Shown here one piece after another: positions 50,489 to 62,730 of a DNA stretch of 64,000 nt. The notes beneath the pieces are model-generated. The model had not been told where the DNA came from, searched no databases, and saw only the letters and a program-made list of their open reading frames with translations. The stretch spans positions 126,730,001 to 126,794,000 of the forward strand of contig NC_058368.1 of assembly GCF_018350175.1 (NCBI RefSeq), read 5' to 3'. Each line of letters opens with the position of its first letter. Positions within the stretch are counted from its first letter, which is position 1. Made by a program: the position numbers and the translations under genes. Origin of the DNA: Felis catus. Its lineage: Eukaryota.

Positions 50489-52467
50489 GGGGGGAGGAGC
50501 CAAGATGGGAGAACAGCATGGAAACTTTTTGTGTCTCTCATCCATGAAACACAGTCAGACCAACACTAAACCATCCTACACACCTAGAAAGCTGATTGGA
50601 GGATTAGCACAACAATCTGCACAACCTGAACCACAGAATTCAGCAGGTACGCGGTGCGGAGAGCTGAACTTGGGGAGCGAGAAGCCATGAAAGGTAGGGA
50701 ACCCCTTTTGCGGGCTGAGAGAGGACAGAGACTGGTGGTGGGGGGAAGCATACGGGAAAAGCACCCCTCCCCAAAAGCAGCTGGAGAGAAAGTGGAAAAT
50801 TGGAAACAGCCGCAGGGACTAAACTAAAAAGGGAGAAAGGAGCAAGGAGAGGGTTTAAATTCCATTAAGACTGTAAACAAGGGGGAGCGCAAAGCCTGCA
50901 ACTCCATAGCTCGATACCTGGCCGTGCTCTGGTGGGAAAGGCGAATCCCCAGGAACAGAGTGGGGTCCGGGAGGTTTTCGGGCCACACGGGGAAAAGCGG
51001 TTCCACTGCTGGAAGGACATTTGGTAGAGACTGTTGAAGCCACCTGCTCCCAGCAGACTCCAGAAGGCAGCCATACTGGCTGGTGCTGGGGCAAGGTCCT
51101 TAAGGGTGAAGCCTGGTGCCGGTGTGGGTTGCGATTTTCCTTAATCCCTGAGATGCTGCTGCTACACTGTCTCACAAACTTTTTGGGGGGCGGGCTGGCA
51201 CAAGGCTGCAGTCTCGGGGCACCAGCAACAGCAGGGTCCGGCGGGCATTCTTGGGTGCAGCTGACATTCTGCCGTTGCTCATTCGGCCATTGCTCGGTGA
51301 GACCCTCCTGCGAGGGATGGAGCAGGTCAAAGCTGCAGTCCTTTGGAAGTAATGGGCCGGGGAAAACAGCTGCATCTGAGACAAAACAAAGGAATTCACC
51401 CCAAAACAAAGAACATGAAGAAATGACAGCCAGGGATTTAACCAACATAGATACAAGCAAGATCTCTGAACCAGAATTTAGAATTATGATAATAAGAATA
51501 CTAGCTGGATTCAAAAATAGATTAGAATCCCTTTCTGCAAAGATAAAAGAAGTAAAAAATAGCCAGAATGAAATTAAAAATGCTATAACTGAATTGGAAT
51601 CATGGATGGATGCAGCGGCAGCAAGGATGGACAAGCAGAACAGAGAATCAGCGATATAGAGGACAATCTTATAGAGAATAACAAAGCAGAAAAAAAGAGG
51701 GAGATTAAGTCAAAAGAGCATGATTTAAGAATTAGAGAAATCAGTGACTCATTGAAAAGGAACAACATCAGAATCATAGGGGTCCCAGAGGAGGAAGAGA
51801 GAGAAATAGGGGTAGAAGGGTTTGGTGAGCAAATCATAGCAGAAAACTTTCCTAACCTAGGGAAAGACACAAATATCAAAATCCAGGAAGCACAGAGGAC
51901 CCCCATTAGATTCAATAAAAATCGACGATCAACAAGGCATATCATAGTCAAATTCACAAAATACTCAGGCAAGGAGAGAATCATGAAAGCAGCAAGTAAA
52001 AAAAGTCCCTAACCTACAAGGGAAGACAGATAAGGTTTGCAGAGATCTATCCACAGAAACTTGGCAGACCAGAAGGGAATGGTGGGATATATTCAGTGTG
52101 CTGAATCAGAAAAATATGCAGCCAAGAATTCTTTATCCAGCAAGGCTGTCATTCAAAATAGAAGGAGAGCTAAAAAGTTTCCCAGACGAACAAAAATTAA
52201 AGGAGTTTGTGACCACTAAACCGGCCCCACAAGAAATATATATATATTATATATATACAATTATATACATATAAAATAAATTATATATATAAAATGTATA
52301 TATTATACATATATATATTATACATATATTATATATATAATATATACATATATTATATATATAATATATACATATAATATACATATATTATATAATATAT
52401 ATATAATATATGTATATATTATATAATATATGTATATATTATATATATAATATATGTATATATTATG

Positions 52468-52505
<38 letters not shown>

Positions 52506-55500
52506 TACCAAAAGCAACAAAGATTAGAAAGGACCAGAGAACACTACCAGAAACTCCAACTCTACAAGCATCACATTGGCAATAAATTCATTTCTTTCAG
52601 TACTCACTCTAAATGTCAATGGACTCAATGCTACAATCAAAAGACATAGGGTAACAGAATAGATAAGAAAACAAAATCCATCTATATGGTGTTTACAAGA
52701 GGCCCACTTTAGACCTAAAGCCACCTTCAGATTGAAAATAAGGGGATAGAGAACCATCTATCATGCTTATGGTCAACAAAAGAAAGCCAGAGTAGCCATA
52801 CTAATATCAGACAATCTAGACTTTAAAATAAAGACTGTATCAAGAGATACAGAAGGTCGTTATATCATAATCAAGGGGTCTATAGACAAAGAAGACCTAA
52901 CAATTGTAAACATTTATGCACCAAATGTCAGAGCACCCAAATATATAAATCACTTAATCACAAACATAAAGAAACTCATTGATAGTAATACCATAATAGT
53001 AGGAGACTTCAACACCCCACTCACAGCAATGGACAGATCATCTAATCAAAAAATCAACAAGGAAACAATGGCTTTGAATGACACATTGGACCAGATGGAT
53101 TTAACGGATATATTCAGAACATTTCATCCTAAAGCAGAATATACATTCTTCTCCAGTGCACATGGAACATTCTCCAGAATAGACCATATATTGGGACACA
53201 AATCAGCCCTAAGTAGGGACAAAAAAATCGAGATCATACCGTGCATATTCTCAGACCACAATGCTATGAAACTCAAAATCAACCACAAGAAAAAATTTGG
53301 AAAGGGAACAAATACTTGGACACTGAAGAACATCCTACTAAAGAATGAATGGGCTAACCAAGGAGTTAAAGAGGAAATTAAAAAGTATATGGAAGTTAAT
53401 GAAAATGATAGCACCACAACCCAAAACCTCTGGGACGCAGTAAAGGCAGTCATAAGAGGAAAGTATATAGCAATCCAGGCCTTCCTAAAGAAGGAAGAAA
53501 GTTCTCAGATACACAACCTAACCTTACACCTTAAGGAGCTGGATAAAGAACAGCAAATAAAACCCCAAACCAACAGAAGACAGGAAATAGATTAGAGCAG
53601 AAATTAGGTATCAAAACGAAAAAAAAAAAAAAAACCAGTAGAATAGATCAATGAAACCAGAAGCTGGTTCTTTGAAAGAATTAACAAAACTGATAAACCA
53701 CTAGCCAGTTTGATTAAAAAGATAAAGGAAAGGACCTAAAGTAATAAAATCAAGAATGAAAGAGGAGAGATCACAACCAACACAACAGAAATAAAAACAA
53801 TAATAAGAGAACATTACGAGCAATTATATGCCAATAAAATGGACAATCTGGAAAAAATAGACAAATTCCTAGAAACATATACACTACCAAAACTGCCACA
53901 GGAAGAAATAGAAAATTTGAACAGACACATACCCAGTGAGGAAATTGAATTAGTAATCAAAAATCTGCCAAAAAAACAAGAATCTAGGGCCACATGGGTT
54001 TCCAGGGGAATTCTACTAAACATTTAAAGAAGAGTTAACACCTATTCTCTTGAAACTGTTCCAAAAAATAGAAATGGAAGGAAAACTTCCAAACTCTTTC
54101 TATGAAGCCAGCATTACCTTGATTCCAAAACCAGACAGAGACCCCACTAAAAAGGAGAACTATAGACCAATTTCCCTGATGAACATGGATGCAAAAATCG
54201 TCAACAAGATATTAGCCAACCGGATCCAACAATACATTAAAAAAATTATTCACCACGACCAAGTGGGATTTATACCTGGATGCAGGGCTGGTTCAATATC
54301 TGCAAAACAATCAATGTGATTCATCACATCAATAAAAAAAGGACAAGAACCATATGACCCTCTCAATAGATGCAGAGAAAGCATTTGACAAAATACAGCA
54401 TCCTTTCTTGATAAAAACCCTCAAGAAAGTAGGGATAGAAGGATCACACCTCGAGCTACTAAAAGCCATATATGAACAACCCAACACTAATATCATCCTC
54501 AATGGGGAAAAACTGAGAGCTTTCCCTCTAAGGTCAGGAACAAGACAGGAATGTCCACTCTCACCACTGTTATTCAACATAGTATTGGAAGTCTTAGTCT
54601 CTGCAATCAGACAACACAAATAAATAAAAGGCATCCAAATCGGCCAGAAGGAGGTCAAACTTTCACTCTTCACAGATGACATGATACTCTATATGGAAAA
54701 CCCAAAAGATTCCACCAAAAAGTTGCTAGAACTGATTCATGAATTCATCAAAGTTTCAGGATATAAAATCAATGCACAGAAATCGGCTGCATTCCCATAC
54801 ACCAACAATGAAGCGACAGAAGGAGAAACCAAGGAATTGATCCCATTTACACTTGCTCCAAAAACCATAAAATACCTAGGAATAAATCTAACCAAGAGGT
54901 GAAAAATCTATACACTGAAAACTATAGGAAGCTTATGAAAGAAATGGAAGAAGACACAAAGAAATGGAAAAAGATTCCATGCTCCTGGATAGGAAGAACA
55001 AATATTGTTAAAATGTCAATACTACCCAAAGCAATCTACATATTCAATGCAATCCCTATCAATGTAGCACCAGCATTCTTCACAAAGCTAGAACAAATAA
55101 TCCTAAAATTTGTATGGAACCAGAAAAGACCCTGAATAGCCAAAGCGATCTTGAAAAAGAAAACCAAAGCAGGAGGCATCACAATCCCAGACTTCAAGCT
55201 ATACTACAAAGCTGTAATCATCAAGACAGTATGGTACTGGCACAAGAACAGACAGAACAATGTAACAGAATAGAGAACCCAGAAATGGACCCCCAAACAT
55301 ATGGCCAAATAATGTTTGACAAAGCAGGAAAGAATATCCAATGGAATAAAGACAATCTCTTCAGCAGGTGGTGCTGGGAAAACTGAACAGCAACATGCAG
55401 AAGAATGAACCTGGACCACTGTCTTACACCATACAGAAAAATAAACTCAAAATAGATGAAAGACCTCAATGTAAGACAGGAGACCATCAAAATCCTCGAG

Positions 55501-56236
55501 GAGAAAGCAGGCAAGAACCTCTTTGATCTTGCCTGCAGCAACTTCTTACTCAACAAGTCTCTGGAGGCAAGGGAAATAAAATCAAAAATGAACTATTGGG
55601 ACCTCATCAAAATAAAATCTTCTGCACAGTGAAGGAAACAATCAGCAAAACTAAAAGGGAACCGACAGAATGGGAGAAGATATTTGAAAATGACATATCA
55701 TATAAAGGGTTAGTATCCAAAATCTACAAAGAACTTATCAAACTCAACACCCAAAAAACAAATAACCCAGTGAAGAAATGGGCAAAAGAAATGAATAGAC
55801 ACTTCTCCAAAGACACCCTGATGGCCAACCGACACATGAAAAAATGCTCAACATCACTCATCATCAGGGAAATACAAATCTAAACCGCCATGAGATACCA
55901 CCTGACACCTGTCAGCATGGCTAACATTAACAACTCAGGCAACAACAGATGTTGGTGAGGATGCAGACAAAGAGGATCTCTTTTGCATTGTTGGTGGCAA
56001 TGCAAGCTGGTGCAGCCACTCTGGAAAACAGTATGGAGGTTCCTCAAAAAACTAAAAATAGAACTACCCTACGACCCAGCAATCGCACTGCTCGGCATTT
56101 ATCCAAGGGATACAGGTGTACTGTTTTGAAGGGACACATGAACCCCACGTTTACAGTAGCACTATCAACAATAGCCAAAGTATGGAAAGAGCCCAAATAT
56201 CCATCAATGGATGAATGGATAAAGAAAATGTGGTAT

Positions 56237-56285
<49 letters not shown>

Positions 56286-56698
56286 GGAGTATTACTCAGC
56301 AAAATCAAAAAGAATGAAATCTTGCCATTTGCAACTACGTGGATGGAACTGGCGAGTATTATGCTAAGTGAAATTAGTCAGAGAAAGACAAAAATCATAT
56401 GACTTCATTCCTATGAGGACTTTAAGAGACAAAACAGGTGAACCTAAGGGAAGGGAAACAAAAATAATATAAAAACAGGCAGGGAGACAAAACAGAAGAG
56501 ACTCATAAATATGGAGAATAAACTGTAATCACGGGTTGTTTTCGATCCTGAGGGTTGCTGGAGAGGTTGTGGGAGGGGGGATGGGCTAAATGGTAAAGGG
56601 CACTAAGGAATCCACTCCTGAAATCATTGTTTCACTATATGCTAACAAATTTGGAAGTAAATTTTAAAAAATAAAAAATAAAGTTAAAAAAATAATAC
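50489..56698 (+). mobile_element. Young near-full-length feline LINE-1 (~6.2 kb), frameshifted and inactive
   Basis: Starts GGGGGGAGGAGCCAAGATGG and has a CpG-rich 5'UTR. ORF1 fragments span 51380-52220 and ORF2 fragments include 53029-53595, 54050-54319, 54354-54623 and 54681-55135. It has a G-rich 3'UTR and A tail. The 14-bp TSD aaatgggcagaaga (50475-50488, 56699-56712) sits at a TT/AAAA site. Confidence 0.96.
52235..52503. repeat. AT-rich (TA)n low-complexity tract followed by (AG)n
   Basis: About 245 bp almost entirely of A and T, then agagagag. Confidence 0.95.
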
Positions 56699-57120
56699 AA
56701 ATGGGCAGAAGACCTGAACAGACATTTTTCAAAAAAGACTGAAGATAACTAAAAGACATATGAAATGATCACTCATCATCAGGGAAAGGCAAATCAAAAC
56801 CACAAGAGCTTTCACCTCACACCTGTCAGAATAGCTAAAATTAACAACACAAGAAACAGCAGATATTGGGGAGAATGTGCAGAAAGGGAAATCCTCTTGA
56901 ATGCAAACTGGCATAGCCAATGCAATAACAGTAGTGAGGATCTTCAAAAAGCTAAAGATAGGATTACCTTATGATTCACTCCACTACCAGATATTTACCC
57001 AGAGAATATGGAAAAACTAATTCAAAAAATATATTCTTCTCTATGTTTATTACAACATTATTTACAAAAGCCAAATTATGGAACAGCCCAAGTGTCCACT
57101 GATAGATGAATAAAGAAGAT

Positions 57121-57162
<42 letters not shown>

Positions 57163-57321
57163 GGACTATTAGTTACATAAAAAAAAGAATGTTTACAACA
57201 GCATGGATAGATCTAGAGGGTATAAAACTAAGTGAAGTAAGTCTGAGAAAAACAAATACCCTATGACTTCACTCATATGTGGAATTTAAGAAATGAAAAA
57301 AAAAACAAATAAACAGGGTTC

Positions 57322-57514
57322 TTTTTTTAAGTTTACTTATTTATTTTGAGAGATATAGAGATAGTGTGAGTGGGGGAGGGGTAGAGAGAGGGAGACAGAG
57401 AATTCCAAGCAGGCTCTATGCTGCCAGTGCAGAGCCCAATGTGGTGCTCAAACCCATGAAACCTTAAGAAACCAAGAGTTGGATGCTTAACCAACTGAGT
57501 CACCCTGGCACCCC
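57322..57514 (-). mobile_element. Can-SINE
   Basis: T tail, AG tract, and gcttaaccaactgagtcaccctggcacccc (reverse complement of the SINE head). Confidence 0.92.
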
Positions 57515-57699
57515 AAACAGAATTTTAAATATAGAAAATAAACAGGTGTTTACAGAGGAGAGATGAGTGGGGGGGACAGGTGAAAATGATACACTTATCA
57601 TGATGAGCACTGAATAATGTACAGAGTTATTGAATCACTATGTTGTACACCTGAAAAGTAACAGGGTATGTTAATTATACTGGAATTAAAATTATTATA

Positions 57700-60600
57700 T
57701 ATATAAATAGGCATATACTAACTTATAAAAAGTGGGATAAGCAAAACGCATAGTGATGGGGTTAAATCAGAGGTTTAAACACAGCATGATCAAAGGTTCA
57801 GTGGGCCCAAGAAATCCCCAGCTTGACCCTCAACATTAGAGGGTCCTAAACAAGTAAACTCTATTGATCCCAGTTTGGAAAAATTTTTAAAGTGGGAATG
57901 TAGAGACTAGAATAATAAATCTGACCAGCCACCTCTTGGAACAATAGTTAGGCACATTAATCAAGTTAAAGGCCGGGGTCCCTTTTGACTGAGCCCCTCA
58001 AAGGGGATGCAAACTGTTCTGCACAGGAGTGGGCAAAATAATCAGGGTGTTTGAAAACAGAAGTTTCCAGGATTCCTTGATACAGGAGTACCACAAACTG
58101 TACTACCAAACCCATTGATGAAACCCTGATGCGGCTACAATTACACTGAAAGAACATAAAAAATCTGAGGGCTGCTAGGATCATTAAAGTTGCCATATTC
58201 AAATAGGCTTTAGGAAGGAATTTGTGTCTCCTTTACCTGAATGTTTTATGGGAATACATTTTGTTCTTGCAGGGTAACAGTTCCCCTACCTAATGTTATA
58301 AATTCAAATCTGTTGATCAAGTCCTCATAGAGGCTACAGTTTAAGAACAGAAACGATGAAGGAATTAAGGTAAAAAGTTTGTAGGGGAATTGGTATATTG
58401 AGATAGGCGTTACATGAAGGCATTGTGCCTCTTCTAGCTGACTCTATTATGGGGATAAAAACTGTACGTGACTAGAGAGTATGTCACATCCTTAGTATTA
58501 TAAAATAGAAGGCATGTAAACATGATTTTCAAGCAATGTTAATAGAATGTGCTAAATGGAAACCAGTAAGATTGTGGGAACCCACACCATCAAAAGCTAG
58601 AATGACAGTAGGAATAAATTCTCTGTGCAGTACCCCTATGTGGATCCTGGACTGGGGCTATGGAAAAACCTGTGGGATTCCCAGAGATGAGTAGCGGGAC
58701 TTCGGACTAAGGAACTTCCATTTCAGAGGTGTTTACTAACCTGCTGTCTGACATTAATTGATGCTAATGTGACGACTACAGAAGTGATCTTTAAACCTAA
58801 ATATGTATGATGACTAGGAAGTTATCTGAGAGATGTTCTAATGGGGGTGTGGCAGTGTCCAGAAGAGTTACATGATAAAATATAAAGGATTGATTCAGGG
58901 TCATGCTGCCTCCTTGGGAATCCAAGGAGGAGATGCTCAAGCAGGGACCTTCTTTTTCCCTAGGACTGACTCAAACTGTATGAGGAACTACTGGATTCCA
59001 TGATCACTTGGACAGGGTCCTATGAACAACACTCAACTGACCCAAGAGCTACCTGGATTGGGGATGGCAGTTCCATGATGAATGGAAAACACCCTCTTTG
59101 GAAAATTCCTGCATTAAGACCAGCAATGGAAAGACACACATTGGAGATCAGCTCAGTGGGCTGAATTATGTTTTCTTACCAGTGACAGAACATCTAAACA
59201 GTGAGAAAAAAAAAAAAACCCTCTGTTTGGGTTTTTACAGACTCCCGGACAGTGACCAGTGGCCTGAAAACTTGGTCAGATAGAAGGGCAATGGAAACTT
59301 GGTCTACTAAAAGAATACCCATATGGGGCACAACCCTACTGAAACTTAGGGGTACAATAAAGTAGGAGATGTCAACACCCATCAGAAGTAGTTTCTTCCA
59401 AGTTCAGAAGATGACTGGAATCAACAAGCAAACACTCTCATGTGCTCCCTTGACATGGCCACCTGGGGTCCAGGAAATGAATCCACATGAAGATATTACA
59501 ACAACCTGGACATCATCCTCTTGCACCCTCTGTGGCACAAAATGCCAGTAAGAGCTGTAGTGTCTGTCAACAAAAGAGAAACTGCAAATAGCCATGTGGC
59601 AGATTTTCTGATGGGAAGGCTTTCATCACAGCTGCCAACTCAGGCTGATGCTTGTAGCCCTGAGTCAGGCTTTAGCTGGTAGCTACAAATGGGTACTTCC
59701 ACGAATAGACACTGACCTGTACTGGACTTTACTTACCTAGGAAATATAAATGCTTACAATAGTATTAAAGAACCTGAACACAAGATATGCCAATTTGAAC
59801 ATCTAACCATCATTTCTTTATACCAAGGATTATACTGAAGAGCCATAACGTCCAAAAGTGAGCAGGGAGTCACTCTCCCCAGTACTAACTTGATAGAGAA
59901 TTACAATCGACAGTTAAAACATTGGTTGCCTAACAGAGAGTAAGATAAAAATATGAAGGGCTTCTGTACATGCCTTCATAAGTGGGTGTTAACACTCAAC
60001 ATGAGTGAGATTAAAGGGGTATCCTCGCTGGATAGATTCCTTCATTTTTCTTGTAAATCAGGAGAAGAGAGGCAGGGAAGGATGGTATCATCTTCCCTAA
60101 CTCACTTTTTTTTTGTCCTTTTCTTACCTTCTGCAACAGTCATATGACCAGGGCTTTAACTCCAAGGGCTGGAAACAGAGATGATTCCAAAGCAACACAA
60201 TATATGTATTATACCTTTTTGTCAGAATTCCTTAAGGCCTGATGGGAAAGGATGTGCCTTTACCTAGTCTCACAAAATCGGGACTAACAGTAATTGCAGC
60301 TATATTGCCTGATGGTCAAAATAGCCCACTGGTTCTCCATGTAACTTTATTTTATGTAAAAAGAATGGATTAAGCGGGAGGTTATTGCTAGAGTAGTACT
60401 GCTGTCTGCATTTCAGATCAGCAGGGTGGCCAAATCCAAAGACCCTTCCAAAGGAGGGTTTGGGTATCAACAGGAAGAGGAACCGTAGCTTAATGAAGTA
60501 ATGAATAAATGAGGTACATAATAAAGGGAAGCCAGTATTACTTTATCATCTCAAAAGGAGATCAGAGCAAGAGAGTATTGTGTCTTAGCTCAATGATATA

Positions 60601-61147
60601 TATAGATGTATATATGCTTCAAAGAATGAACCCATATTTTTGTGGAAACCACTTCCACTTTTGGAACCTGAAATACTGAAGGAAAGCCTGCAAATCTGAG
60701 GAAACTTGCCTTGGGTTTTTTTTTTAATTATTAATATTTAAGAGATTATGACTAGTTAAATACAGTTAAGTGATTAATTTAAATGGTCATGTACTTGGCT
60801 TAATTTAATTTTTAATTTCTAGTATAATTAACAGTGTTAGGTTAGTTTCAGGTGTACAATATAGTGATTCAGTAATTCTACACATTGCTCAGTGTTCCTC
60901 ATAAATGTACTCCTTATCCCCTTCCACAATTTCACCCATTCCCCCACTCATCTCCCCACTGGCAACCACGTGTTTATTCTCTACAGTTAAGACTTTTTAA
61001 AATATTTTTATTTGTTCCCTTTTCACATGGTAATGATGGGCTGGGAAGATGATCAATCACTGTATGAGATGCCAGTAAGGCACTAGTAGTCTAGTCATTT
61101 CACTTCTGTATAATTTTGCTTTAAATGTGTGGCCAGAGACCATGGAC
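57700..61147 (+). mobile_element. ERV-L internal region, 3' part (protease, RNase H, integrase, dUTPase remnants)
   Basis: Hand translation gives GFLDTG (58070-58087), WIGDGSS (59054), SAQWAEL (59148-59168), WVFTDSRTVTSGL (59228-59266), LIENYNRQLKHWL (59890-59928), VRIP*GLMG (60221) and TKSGLTVIAAIL (60272-60307). Confidence 0.8.
60800..60995 (-). mobile_element. Short L1 3'-end insertion
   Basis: ttagtttcaggtgtacaatatagtgattcagtaattc is the reverse complement of the L1 3' end seen at 57610-57690. Confidence 0.8.
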
Positions 61148-61814
61148 TACACTGTTAGTTAATTGAAAAAAATAAGTAGACTCTGCCCAGTTCTTGGCAA
61201 AGAGCTCCTAAAAGTCTTCTAATTTTCTAGGGGTTACGGGAATTGGGTAAATCTTTTGTTCTATTGAAGGAACTGAATAGCCCTACATTGCTTCCTTTAG
61301 AGAGAGGGTGGGAAATGGAAAGGAGTTAATTGCTCATGACTATAAAGCTTCCATAAAAATCATGGAGCTATGGGGTATGGAGGGCTTGGAAGTTGGGGAA
61401 GAAGGAGACTGGCACATCCAGAGATGAAAGCTCAGCATTTCTTCCTTGCCTTGTTCCTTTCTAGCATGTTTTATTATAATTAACCAGTACAAGTAAAATG
61501 GTTGAGTTGTGTCAGCCACCCCAACAAATGAATAGAACTTGAAGAAGAGATCAGTGGAATCTCTAATTATACCTTGCAAGTGGTGTGGTGCTGTGGCAGT
61601 TTTGTAGCTGTGGGATCTAACGCTATGCAGGTAGACAAAGTTAGAATGGAGTTAAATTATAGGATAAAGTGTAGTCATAGACAAGTGCTTAGGATGGGAA
61701 AAGTCCTCCACCTGGTAACTAGAAGTGCACAGTAAAGGATACTGACAGGCAAGTAACTCAGAATAACTTGGTTTTCCCCTACTAAGGAAAGAGGAAAACT
61801 GGGGGTCCAAAACA
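61148..61814 (+). mobile_element. 3' LTR, MER21-like
   Basis: ttggcaaagagctcctaaaa, atcttttgttct and caggtagacaaagttagaatggagttaaattatagg are shared with the 5' LTR. Confidence 0.75.
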
Positions 61815-62352
61815 TACCTAAATGAAAACAGCGTTTCCAGAGATAAATGCACTCACATGTTTACTGCAGCATTATTCACGATTGTCAAGATATGAAACCC
61901 AGGTGTCTATCAACAGATGGATGGATGAAAAAAAAAAAACAGATGTGGCCTATTTACACAATAAACTATTCCCTAGTCAGGATAAAGGTGGTTATCCTGC
62001 AATTTTTTTTTTTTTTTTGGCAACATGGATGGACCGTGAACACATTATGCTAAATGCAACAAGTCAGAAAAGACAAAGTAGTGCTGAATATCCCTCAGAT
62101 GTGAAATCTAAAAGGGAATGGGTGGGTTGGAGGAACAGCATTTAGGCGGTTTCAAGGTATAAATGTGTAACAGGTAGCAAATAAGCCATAGGGAACTAAC
62201 ACACAGTATGATGAATATCAACAGTATGGTACCATCATTACATAACATGATAAATATTGCTAAAATGGTGATCATATTATAGTACATCAATGTATCAAAT
62301 CAACAGGGTATACATCATAAATTCATACGTTTTTATGTCAAATGTATTCAGT
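61815..62352 (+). mobile_element. L1 3' end, continuing the L1 broken at ~39406
   Basis: Resumes with tacctaaatgaaaacag...catgtttactgcagcattattcac, the sequence expected after ctgggca in L1. Confidence 0.8.
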
Positions 62353-62399
62353 AACAATCCAAGATAATAATTCCAACTCTGTGAGTGGGGCAAACAAAT

Positions 62400-62730
62400 T
62401 TCTTTCAAATGAGCAATGAATGAACTGGGAACTAGGATACAGCTCATCTACAGGCAACTGAGGCAGACAAGCTCACAAAGGAGACTTGACAAGGGGTAGC
62501 CAAAGACATGGATACAGAATGGGGCAAGAGTGGGACCCAAGGAAGGAAGGGATGAACCAGTTGATACATGAAGAATGATGCACTACACATTGCTGAATGA
62601 TGTAAGTGAAATAAAAATAAAATTACAAAAAGATTTCCAGTCACTTTTATAAGAGCAGTTTTAGAGTAGTGAAGATAAGTACTTCTAAGTACTTTCAAAG
62701 AAAATACAGCAGAGACTAATTGAATGGTGA
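62400..62730 (-). mobile_element. L2 remnant (right part)
   Basis: ORF 62444-62698(-) HYSKTALIKVTGNL resembles the L2 RT motif HSTETALxKVTNDL; also caaaggagact and aagagcagtttt. Confidence 0.7.

Larger units (their letters stand above)
45573..57695 (+). mobile_element. Carnivore LINE-1, near full length, with an internal ORF2 deletion (~48737), split by a younger L1 and carrying 2 SINEs
   Basis: 5'UTR 45573-46600, ORF1 46610-47500 and ORF2 from ~47870. It resumes at 56699 after the TSD, and its 3' end (gtacacctgaaa...ggaattaaa) is at ~57690. Confidence 0.85.

Noticed and set aside
53029..55883. L1 ORF2 pieces as an active retrotransposon or domesticated gene
   Set aside because: Multiple frameshifts and stops break ORF2 into short fragments.
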